NCBI GenBank assembly: GCA_035289485.1
Contig: DATDXA010000050.1
Coordinates: 1 to 26,738, forward strand
DNA from: an archaeon
GTDB taxonomy: Archaea > Iainarchaeota > Iainarchaeia > Iainarchaeales > Iainarchaeaceae
Length of the DNA: 26,738 nt
Direction of reading: 5' to 3'
Below the pieces are notes generated by a model. That model did no database searches. It saw only the letters and a list, made by a program, of their open reading frames with translations, and was not told where the DNA came from. How positions within the stretch are numbered: the first letter of the stretch is position 1; the number at the start of each line of letters is the position of its first letter. The translations under genes and the position numbers were made by a program. This document shows, one piece after another, positions 1 to 7,162 of the stretch.

Positions 1-430
1 TCACGGCGAGCCACTTCTTTCTGCGCGTATCGTACACTCCTACGGATTGCGTTGTTTTGCGCGGTAAACCGCGTTTAACGCGTTCTAGGTACGCGAAGCT
101 TGGATTGTTTTGGGAAAAATACAATCCATCCGTTGCGGCTACCAGTGTTTTCTTGAACTCGTTTGTTGCTTCGAGAAGCAGTTCAAGCTGCTGCACATTC
201 AAACGTTTCAGGCACTTGCATAAAGCTGATGATGTGGGTGCCTGAAAACCTAGTTCGTCTAGAAATTTTGATACTCGAACGTATGACATTTTGCACGCCT
301 GCTTTACAAGCAGGCAGAAGAAATGTTTCCAAAACTCGTACGTTTTCGGCCCATACCTATGCAGGTATGGGCGTACGCCTGCTCGCCGGAGCAGGCGTTT
401 GATTTTTCTGATGATTTTACATTCATTCAT
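1..430 (-). CDS. IS5-family DDE transposase, N-terminal 143 aa (3' part outside window)
   Basis: Hand translation from ATG 430 is open to the edge: MNECKIIRKIKRLLRRAGVRPYLHRYGPKTYEFWKHFFCLLVKQACKMSYVRVSKFLDELGFQAPTSSALCKCLKRL...VAATDGLYFSQNNPSFAYLERV. The SYxR, P-x-x-S and AxD.xxFS patterns match the IS5/DDE_Tnp_1 N-terminus and first catalytic Asp. Not in the ORF track. Confidence 0.82.
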   Translation of the reverse strand, partial: MNECKIIRKIKRLLRRAGVRPYLHRYGPKTYEFWKHFFCLLVKQACKMSYVRVSKFLDELGFQAPTSSALCKCLKRLNVQQLELLLEATNEFKKTLVAATDGLYFSQNNPSFAYLERVKRGLPRKTTQSVGVYDTRRKKWLAV

Positions 431-506
431 GGGGAACCGCCTTAATCGGTTTCCCCCACCTATCGGTGGATGTTCAACCCACTATAAAGACATTTTCAAC
501 GAAGCC
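1..506 (-). mobile_element. Left end of an IS5-family (IS903-group-like) insertion sequence, truncated by window edge
   Basis: Minus-strand transposase ORF from 430. Candidate left terminal inverted repeat GGCTTCGTTGAAAATGTC (minus, 506-489) resembles the IS903 end as I recall it (GGCTTTGTTGAATAAATC). Right end and TSD are outside the window. Confidence 0.7.
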
Positions 507-607
507 AAAGCCACAAGGACATTTATTAAAGAAAGGAGAAAACTTGCCGCAGACTGATGGAAGCCGCCCGCATAGTTAGCCAAAGCCCTAACATTTTCAA
601 AACCCAC

Positions 608-614
608 TTATAAA
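608..614 (+). promoter_or_regulatory. Archaeal TATA box for a probably leaderless gene at 636
   Basis: TTATAAA ending 22 nt before the ATG; no Shine-Dalgarno before the ATG. Confidence 0.5.
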
Positions 615-635
615 GCGCCGTACATATTTCACTAC

Positions 636-1853
636 ATGAAAAAATACGCGCTCCTCATCCTCATTGCAGTGCTGCTAACTGTAGTACAGATGCAGGCCGT
701 ATCCGCCGCGCAAAGCGATGGGTACATCCACACCAACCATTACTATGCGGTTTCCTTTGACGGGGAAGGCGATGCGGTCGTGCGGGCGCAGATAGATGTC
801 GAAAACACTCTTGACCGGGCGATTTTCTCAGTGGACCTGGAAATCCCCGGCCAGGCAGTGATATACAAGGCTGTGCAACAGAGGCAATATGGAGCATATC
901 CGGTTTATGAGTATGACAGGTATATCCTGCCTGAAAAATACCCGCAATATCCCCACCCCATCAATTACACTAAAACACTCACTTCAGATGCCACAATCTT
1001 GCACCTTAATTTGTGGGAACCGATTCAGCGCGGCGAGAGCTCGAGCATAACCCTTTTCTACAAAATCCCCCTTTACGCGAAAAAGGATTCTCTTGGAAAT
1101 TTCCAGTTCGATTTCCGCACAATAATCGACCGCGATGCGATTCTCATTGAGAACATGCGCGTTGCGGTGAATGTGCAGGAAGGATTTGTTCTCAAAGGCG
1201 GAGATGCAAAAGTCGATTACAGGCCGAACACCGGGTTTATGGGAGAAGCCGCCATGTCAAGCGTTGCATCCGCTGATGTTTCTTCCCCGCAATACAGGCA
1301 ATATTATGACGGCATTAGGAATGCTGACGGCCTTGTGAAAACAACATCGGGCGTTGATGCTTTCGAGAGCTTTCATGTGAAGGGAACTTATGGCGAGAAC
1401 GGATTTTTGGTGAACATGCCAGAAACACTCATTTGGCTTGTTATTGGAATACTTGGAATTGCAGGACTAGCGCTAGTTGTGAAAAAAGGCCTCGGAGCCA
1501 TAAAAATAAAGGGAAAAATCGATACCAATGGTTGGGGAAAAATCGGGTTTATTTCATTTGCAAGCGCCGCGGGAGTGATTGCAATCAATGCGGTTACGTT
1601 CTTTATTGCGCAGGAAATTTCCAAGATATCTTACAGATTCGAGCTCGCCATGATGGGTATTGTGCTTTTGGGGATTCTCGCATCCGCAGGGGTGCTGTTT
1701 CTGCCTCCGCTTTATACCGCCTCAAAAGAGGGAGTTGTGAAGGGCGCTTTGATGTTCTTTTTGAGCATAGGAATTCTGATAGCCATTGTAATAGGGCTGC
1801 AGCTGCTCCTTTCCGCCCTTTTCCCGCCGATTTACACCTATGCAAGCATGTAA
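636..1853 (+). CDS. Hypothetical secreted/membrane protein
   Basis: 405 aa. N-terminal signal peptide (MKKYALLILIAVLL...VSA), beta-rich extracellular domain and about four C-terminal hydrophobic helices. Confidence 0.8.
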   Translation: MKKYALLILIAVLLTVVQMQAVSAAQSDGYIHTNHYYAVSFDGEGDAVVRAQIDVENTLDRAIFSVDLEIPGQAVIYKAVQQRQYGAYPVYEYDRYILPEKYPQYPHPINYTKTLTSDATILHLNLWEPIQRGESSSITLFYKIPLYAKKDSLGNFQFDFRTIIDRDAILIENMRVAVNVQEGFVLKGGDAKVDYRPNTGFMGEAAMSSVASADVSSPQYRQYYDGIRNADGLVKTTSGVDAFESFHVKGTYGENGFLVNMPETLIWLVIGILGIAGLALVVKKGLGAIKIKGKIDTNGWGKIGFISFASAAGVIAINAVTFFIAQEISKISYRFELAMMGIVLLGILASAGVLFLPPLYTASKEGVVKGALMFFLSIGILIAIVIGLQLLLSALFPPIYTYASM

Positions 1854-1984
1854 ACACCCCAGAAAGCCAAAAAGATACCTTTAAAAAGGTCGGGAGCATC
1901 AATTTGTATGCTAAGAGAAAAAGGATTCACTTTTGAATATCGGATTCTCAATAAAGCTAAAGATGAAAATAGAGGTGAAAATAG

Positions 1985-2077
1985 ATGATACAGCTACAGT
2001 ACTGTAAGGAATGCCACAATGCGTTCCAGGTGTCCAGCAACATTGCAGATGCCGAGAAACATATCTGCGAAAAGTAG
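1985..2077 (+). CDS. 30-aa zinc-finger-like microprotein (CxxC...HxC)
   Basis: MIQLQYCKECHNAFQVSSNIADAEKHICEK*; SD GAGGTG at 1972-1977. Below the ORF-track cutoff. Confidence 0.6.
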   Translation: MIQLQYCKECHNAFQVSSNIADAEKHICEK

Positions 2078-2246
2078 GCGCAGAATTATGCTTTTTGCCC
2101 GTTAGGGCAAAAATACAAAGGAATTTTCCGGCCACGCACAAAAGAGGGCCGGAATGAATTCTCTTGTAAATTCTGATTTTCCAATAAAGGAAAATAAAAC
2201 TGCGCGCCCCGCAAAACACAACTACACGAGTGCGGGGCTGATGCAG
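2078..2246. other. Densely structured intergenic region (four hairpins; candidate ncRNA or bidirectional terminator)
   Basis: Stems: TTTTTGCCC/GGGCAAAAA (2092-2113); TTCCGGCC/GGCCGGAA (2126-2154) extended by GAATT/AATTC and TACAA/TTGTA; ATTTTCC/GGAAAAT (2176-2195); GCCCCGCA/TGCGGGGC (2206-2238); enclosing CAGAATT/AATTCTG (2081-2175). Confidence 0.5.
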
Positions 2247-2268
2247 GGATTTTTATGAATTTTAAAAG

Positions 2269-2320
2269 CCTCTTTCTTTTTCGTAAACGTTTTTCTTTCT
2301 CGGCACGAGAAAGAAAAAGG
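2269..2320 (-). repeat. Intrastrand-triplex-type repeat, copy A (2 nt after the tRNA 3' end)
   Basis: Minus strand: CCTTTTTCTTTCTCG-TGC-CGAGAAAGAAAAA-CGTTTACG-AAAAAGAAAGAGG. Hairpin plus mirror-repeated third tract; similar to copies at 2395 and 14715. Confidence 0.8.
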
Positions 2321-2322
2321 TT

Positions 2323-2489
2323 TGGGAGCGCCCGGATTTGAACCGGGGTCGCAGAGTCGTTCGACAACATTGCTTTTAGCAAACCAGGGGATTGCACTTT
2401 TCTTTTTCCCCGGGGTTTTTCTTTTCTGCAAGAAAAGAAAAAGGCCGTGCCCGAACCCTGAGTCCTGGACCAGGCTAGACTACGCTCCC
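2323..2489 (-). tRNA. tRNA-Pro(CGG) with a 92-nt intron at canonical position 37/38 (intron 2358-2449)
   Basis: Acceptor stem GGGAGCG/CGCTCCC plus discriminator A; D-arm GTCT-AGCCTGGTCCA-GGAC; anticodon stem CAGGG/CTCTG with loop TT-CGG-G^A; T-arm CCCGG-TTCAAAT-CCGGG. Bulge-helix-bulge: TTCG/CGAA helix, 3-nt bulges GG^C and CG^A, outer helix ACGGC/GTTGT. Mature length 75 nt; CCA not encoded. Confidence 0.95.
2395..2444 (-). repeat. Intrastrand-triplex-type repeat, copy C (inside the tRNA-Pro intron)
   Basis: Minus strand: CCTTTTTCTTTTCT-TGC-AGAAAAGAAAAA-CCCCGGGG-AAAAAGAAAAGTG. Confidence 0.8.
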
Positions 2490-2543
2490 ATCTTCACCTT
2501 CGCGGAAAAAAGCGCGAGAGGTACCACAAGACAAAATTTGCAT

Positions 2544-2557
2544 GAAAAGCTTAAATA
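2544..2557 (+). promoter_or_regulatory. Candidate BRE+TATA promoter upstream of pyrG
   Basis: GAAAAGCTTAAATA; the same 13-mer GAAAAGCTTAAAT recurs at 9887 upstream of the TA operon. Confidence 0.5.
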
Positions 2558-2620
2558 CCCAAACGAACTAACATTTAGTCTGTTTTTAGAAATTAATTTC
2601 AATCATTTGGGGGTTGCAAT

Positions 2621-4330
2621 TTGGACGAAAAGTTCCTTGCGGAGATAAGCGATAAGTCCAGTGGCGAGCGCTTTACCGATGTCCCGCAGGGCTATGTAAA
2701 GGGCAAAACCAAGTATGTAATCATCACCGGCTCAGTTATGAGCGGCATTGGAAAGGGCATTTTCTCATCTTCGCTTGGAAAGACGCTTCAGGACCGCGGG
2801 CTTAAGGTTGCGCCAATAAAGGTCGAAGCCTATTTGAATATTGATTCAGGAACCCTAAGCCCATACAGGCACGGCGAAGTGTTCGTTCTTGATGATGGCA
2901 CTGAAACCGACATGGACCTTGGTTCATACGAGAGAATGCTTGATACAAACCTCACAAAGGACAATTTCACAACGCATGGGCAGATTTACAACCGCATAAT
3001 CGGCATGGAAAGGGCGGGATTCTACCAAGGAAGGGATGTGCAGTACATCCCGCACGTCACGGGCGAAACAAAACTGGTTCTAAGAAACCTTGCAATGAAA
3101 TCAAAGGCCGATATTGTGCTGATTGAAATCGGCGGAACTGTCGGGGACTATGAGAATCTTTTCGCAATGGAGAGCGTGCGCGAGCTTATTTATGAAGAGG
3201 GGGAGCAGAACTGCTGCCTTGTAAACCTCACATACATCCTCGAGCCGCACCACCTTGGGGAATTCAAAAGCAAGGCGGCGCAGCTTGGATTGCGCCACCT
3301 CATGAGCTTGGGGCTGCAGCCGGATGTTGTGGTGTGCAGAAGCGAGAGGGCGATTACAAATTCAGTGAAAGAAAAAATTTCCATGAACGCAAATGTCCCG
3401 CTGGAAAAAGTGTTCAACACATACGATGTTGGAAACATTTACGAGCTGCCGCTCTTCTATAGGGAGCAGGGAGTTGACAGCGCAATCCTTGATGTTTTGG
3501 GCTGGAATGAAAAGTACAAGGCAAATGGCAGCAAAAGCCTCAAGGACTGGACCGCAAAGAATGTTGTGGAATTTGAAAAGGAAATAACGATTGGCATTGC
3601 CGGAAAATATACGGGAACAAGCGACACATACATTAGCATTGTAAAGGCGCTAGAGCACTGCTCCGCGGCGCTCAAAACTAAAGTTAACATAAAGTGGATT
3701 GAGGCAACGGAAATAGAAAATGGCAAGAAGAAAATTGAGGAGGAAATGAAAGGGGTTGAGGGGGTAATAATTCCTGGAGGCTTTGGAACGCGCGGAATTG
3801 AGGGGAAAGTTAAGTGCGCGAACTATGTGCGCGTGAACAATGTGCCATTCCTTGGGATTTGCTATGGGTTTCAGATGGCTGTTGTTGAATTCGCACGCAA
3901 TGTGTGCGGAATAAAAAACGCGAGCACTGAAGAAGTGAAAAAGGACCCCCAGAACAATGTGATTTGCATCCTTCCCGAGCAGGAAGAAGTTAATGGGCTT
4001 GGCGGCACGCTGCGGCTTGGCGGATTTGATCTGAAAGTGAAGAAAGGGACCCTTGCTTACGAACTTTACGGGAAAAAAGAAACCGTGCGCGAGAGATTCA
4101 GGCACCGCTTCAATGTGAATACCAAATTCATAGAAGCGCTTGAAAAGAACGGGCTTGTATTCTCCGGAATGGCGCCTGAGAAGAAAATAATGCAAATACT
4201 TGAGCTCCCGAATCACCCTTATTTTATCGGCACGCAATACCACGCCGAATTCACTTCAAGGCCGCTAAAGCCCAATCCATTGTACTTTGGGCTTGTGAAG
4301 GCCGCGGTAAAGAAGAAGTTCGGGAAATAA
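2621..4330 (+). CDS. pyrG: CTP synthase
   Basis: KYVIITGSVMSGIGKG, HGEVFVLDDGTETDMDLGSYER, EIGGTVGD; glutaminase motifs PGGFG, GICYG (catalytic Cys) and QYHAE. TTG start preceded by GGGGT. Confidence 0.97.
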   Translation: MDEKFLAEISDKSSGERFTDVPQGYVKGKTKYVIITGSVMSGIGKGIFSSSLGKTLQDRGLKVAPIKVEAYLNIDSGTLSPYRHGEVFVLDDGTETDMDLGSYERMLDTNLTKDNFTTHGQIYNRIIGMERAGFYQGRDVQYIPHVTGETKLVLRNLAMKSKADIVLIEIGGTVGDYENLFAMESVRELIYEEGEQNCCLVNLTYILEPHHLGEFKSKAAQLGLRHLMSLGLQPDVVVCRSERAITNSVKEKISMNANVPLEKVFNTYDVGNIYELPLFYREQGVDSAILDVLGWNEKYKANGSKSLKDWTAKNVVEFEKEITIGIAGKYTGTSDTYISIVKALEHCSAALKTKVNIKWIEATEIENGKKKIEEEMKGVEGVIIPGGFGTRGIEGKVKCANYVRVNNVPFLGICYGFQMAVVEFARNVCGIKNASTEEVKKDPQNNVICILPEQEEVNGLGGTLRLGGFDLKVKKGTLAYELYGKKETVRERFRHRFNVNTKFIEALEKNGLVFSGMAPEKKIMQILELPNHPYFIGTQYHAEFTSRPLKPNPLYFGLVKAAVKKKFGK

Positions 4331-4360
4331 AGCAGAATTTACTAATTTTAGAATAAGAAA

Positions 4361-5221
4361 TTATTTTATTTTCCACTTGCCCTTGCTTTCGGCTAGCGCC
4401 CCTGCCATTTCCTCATTTTCCTTTGAAACCGGCAGGTTGTACTCGTCCTTTCCGCCATAGAGGCTTGCGGGAGAACTTGAAATCCGGGATTTTATCAGTA
4501 GCACTACGCCAACAGCGAGAGCAATTACAACAAGAATCACAATCGCAAAACCAAGCGGCGCAATTATTCCCGAAACCAAATCAACAAGCCCTGAAAACGG
4601 GGAATTCTTTTTCTCTTCCTGCGCCAAGAGCGCGGCGTTCATCTTGGTTTGCTTTGATTCGATGACATCAAGGCGGCCTTCCAACTCAGCGGAGGTTTGT
4701 TTTATTGCGCGGTTAGAATCTAGTGCAGTGCGGTTTATGCGCGTTCCCAATTCATTGATATCGGAGTCATGCGCCGCGGTTTTTTCATCAAGCGCGCCAA
4801 TGCTAGAATCGAGCGCGTTCTTGTCTGATTCGCCAAGCGGCGCGAACGCAATCACGGTTGCGGAATCGTTGCCCGCATCGGATGAGGCTGAAATTGTGTG
4901 AGAGCCTTTCAGTAGCCCGAAGTGCGAAACATAAAGCACCAAGCCGCTCGTGGTTGCGGGGTCCTCATCATAAACGAATGATTTGATGACAAACTGCCCA
5001 CTGTACGGGTCCGGAGTTATTGTGCCATTTGAGTAAACATTGAGAACTTCGGAGCCGTTGATTTTTACCGAAGTTTTTGTCCAGGAATCTGTGGGTTCTA
5101 GCATCACGCTAAAGCCCCATGAGGTGTTTTCTGGAACCGAAGCCGGGGCGCCTATTGTAACCGCAGAAGCGCCAGAAGCCAGAAGGAGCAAAAACGCCGC
5201 AAAAACGAGTGCATTTCTCAT
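4361..5221 (-). CDS. Hypothetical surface protein (signal peptide, beta domain, coiled coil, single TM)
   Basis: 286 aa. Signal peptide MRNALVFAAFLLLLASGASA; heptad-like middle; hydrophobic anchor IIAPLGFAIVILVVIALAVGVVLLI. Confidence 0.8.
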   Translation of the reverse strand: MRNALVFAAFLLLLASGASAVTIGAPASVPENTSWGFSVMLEPTDSWTKTSVKINGSEVLNVYSNGTITPDPYSGQFVIKSFVYDEDPATTSGLVLYVSHFGLLKGSHTISASSDAGNDSATVIAFAPLGESDKNALDSSIGALDEKTAAHDSDINELGTRINRTALDSNRAIKQTSAELEGRLDVIESKQTKMNAALLAQEEKKNSPFSGLVDLVSGIIAPLGFAIVILVVIALAVGVVLLIKSRISSSPASLYGGKDEYNLPVSKENEEMAGALAESKGKWKIK

Positions 5222-5367
5222 TAGTATGAATAAATTTATTCGGATTAATAAATGTGCCTTCGTTTCCGGTAAAATTGGCCTTTTTATGTGCGTTTAATTT
5301 GGGCATCTTAGTGAAACGCCTTGCATTTCGGCTTTCCTTTAAAACAAGAACACCGCCAATTCTTGCC

Positions 5368-6522
5368 ATGGAACTTGAGCGAGTAAGGCTTAGTGAAAAG
5401 GAAGTTCTGCTTTTGGGCACAGCGCACATTTCAACGAAGAGCGTTGAGGAAGTAAAGGAAGCAATAGAGAAGGAAATGCCAGATGTTGTGGGGGTAGAGC
5501 TCGATTTTAACCGCCTGCGCCAGCTAAAGCTCGGAAACCGCTGGCAGGAAACTAATATTGGGAAAATAATCTCCAGCGGGCAAACATACCTTTTCCTTTT
5601 CACGCTGATGCTCTCGAATTTCCAGCGCTCTTTGGGGCAGAAGCTTGGAATAAAGCCCGGAATGGAAATGGTTGAGGCCGTGCGCATTGCCGAGGAAAAA
5701 AACATACCGATAATGCTTCTTGACCGCGACATCAATATTACACTAAAGCGCGCGATGCACAAAATGAAGCTCACGGAAAAAATCAAGCTGCTCTATTCAA
5801 TACTTTTAGGATTCTTCTCCGAAAACAAAATTGAGATCACAACAAGCACCATTGAAGGCCTTAAGGAAAAGGATGTGCTAAACAGGTTAATGCAAGAGCT
5901 CGCGCGCGAGATGCCTTCAATTAAAAGCATTCTTGTAGATGAGAGGGATGCATACATCGCGCGCGCGATTGAAAACAGCCCCGGAAAAAAAATACTTGCA
6001 GTTGTGGGGGCAGGGCACATTGAAGGAATCAAGAGGCACTTTGGGGAGAAAATTGATATCGCGGCAATCACAACAGTTCCGAAAGGAACAAATTACATGA
6101 AAATAATCGGCTATGTGATTCCTGCAATATTTATTGTGCTCATAGCGGCGCTGTTCTATTTCAAGGGAGGGGGAGTAACCCTTACTGCAATCGCATACTG
6201 GGCGCTTGCAACTGGAACTCTTGCAGCGCTTGGGGTAATCATTGCACGCGGGCACCCGCTCACTGTGCTTGCATCATTTCTTGCAGCTCCGGTGACAACA
6301 CTTCACCCTCTGCTTGCGGCCGGGTGGGTCGCCGGGTATGTAGAAGCCAAAATGCGAAACCCGAAAGTGAAGGATTTTGAAAACCTAAGCAACCTAAATT
6401 CACTTGGGGATTTTACAAACAATCAGGTGACGCGCATACTTCTTGTGGTGGCGCTTGCAAACGTGGGAGCAACACTTGGAGTGATAATCGGGATTCCGCT
6501 TGTGGCATCGCTTTTTGGGTAA
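5368..6522 (+). CDS. traB: TraB/GumN (pheromone-shutdown PrgY-like) family protein
   Basis: LLGTAHIS, PDVVGVELD, PGMEM, DRDINITLKRA, LVDERDAYIA, AVVGAGH; C-terminal TMs with HPLLAAGWVAG. Start placed at ATG 5368, downstream of TTTAAA at 5338-5343. Confidence 0.92.
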   Translation: MELERVRLSEKEVLLLGTAHISTKSVEEVKEAIEKEMPDVVGVELDFNRLRQLKLGNRWQETNIGKIISSGQTYLFLFTLMLSNFQRSLGQKLGIKPGMEMVEAVRIAEEKNIPIMLLDRDINITLKRAMHKMKLTEKIKLLYSILLGFFSENKIEITTSTIEGLKEKDVLNRLMQELAREMPSIKSILVDERDAYIARAIENSPGKKILAVVGAGHIEGIKRHFGEKIDIAAITTVPKGTNYMKIIGYVIPAIFIVLIAALFYFKGGGVTLTAIAYWALATGTLAALGVIIARGHPLTVLASFLAAPVTTLHPLLAAGWVAGYVEAKMRNPKVKDFENLSNLNSLGDFTNNQVTRILLVVALANVGATLGVIIGIPLVASLFG

Positions 6523-6552
6523 AAATATAAAGATGGAGGCAGTTGCTTATAT

Positions 6553-7146
6553 ATGCCATTGCCAGAAAGGCGGTTCTCTTCTGCCGTAATGAAAAAAATT
6601 CACCCACTTAAATTGGCAAGAGAAATAAAAAGCCCGGCACATGAACTTCGGGTAGACATATATGAAAAAGGGTTTGATTATGCATACCAGCTTCAGGAAC
6701 ATTTTCCTATAGACCCTCAGCATTTGCAGGAAGTCACAACTAGGACAAAAGAAGACAACAAAAACATTAAATTGCAAGATAGGTTTTCAACACATTTTTT
6801 CCTCATCTCTGCATTTGAACATTCCTTGCCAAAGGGTATGGAAAAAAATAAAGCAATCAAACTTGCAAGTTTTTTGCGTAAAAAGGCAAAATCTGAGGAC
6901 ATACAGGATGATATTGCAAATATTGCTTTCACAAAAGAAGAAAAAGAACTTGGCAAAATAGTCGGGGAGAAAAACTTACAGGCAGCATATGGATTGATGA
7001 CTGAGATATTTAAAGAAGTTCAGGAAATGGAATTGACAAGGGTAAGGGTACAGGCGATAATGACTCTGATGATGCACACTACCCTTCGCGGAGTGACAAG
7101 GGCTAGATCTATAATTAGAAAATTGATGACAGAAATTCACTATTAG
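6553..7146 (+). CDS. Hypothetical protein
   Basis: 197-aa ORF filling the gap between genes; basic and helical; A/T-rich TATA-like sequence upstream. No recognised motif. Confidence 0.65.
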   Translation: MPLPERRFSSAVMKKIHPLKLAREIKSPAHELRVDIYEKGFDYAYQLQEHFPIDPQHLQEVTTRTKEDNKNIKLQDRFSTHFFLISAFEHSLPKGMEKNKAIKLASFLRKKAKSEDIQDDIANIAFTKEEKELGKIVGEKNLQAAYGLMTEIFKEVQEMELTRVRVQAIMTLMMHTTLRGVTRARSIIRKLMTEIHY

Positions 7147-7162
7147 TTTATACAACGGTTTT

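Noticed and set aside
57..557. Three short plus-strand ORFs in the track
   Set aside because: Antisense shadows of the minus-strand transposase and IS end; no motifs.
2078..2246. SRP RNA or RNase P RNA
   Set aside because: Lacks the SRP helix-8 context and the RNase P GAGGAAAGUCC motif on either strand, and is too short.
2269..2444. CRISPR mini-array interpretation of the two nearby repeats
   Set aside because: Copies are divergent, separated by tRNA sequence rather than a spacer, and no cas genes are present.
2358..2449. Intron-encoded C/D box guide RNA, as in archaeal tRNA-Trp
   Set aside because: No RUGAUGA or CUGA boxes on the transcribed strand.
1911..2648. ORFs 1911-2219, 2086-2397, 2222-2431 and 2322-2648
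   Set aside because: They overlap the tRNA, repeats and hairpin region, and the translations are not protein-like.
2621..2710. N-terminal extension of CTP synthase as a novelty
   Set aside because: Short and without motifs, and the catalytic residues are intact; nothing in the window supports a special role.
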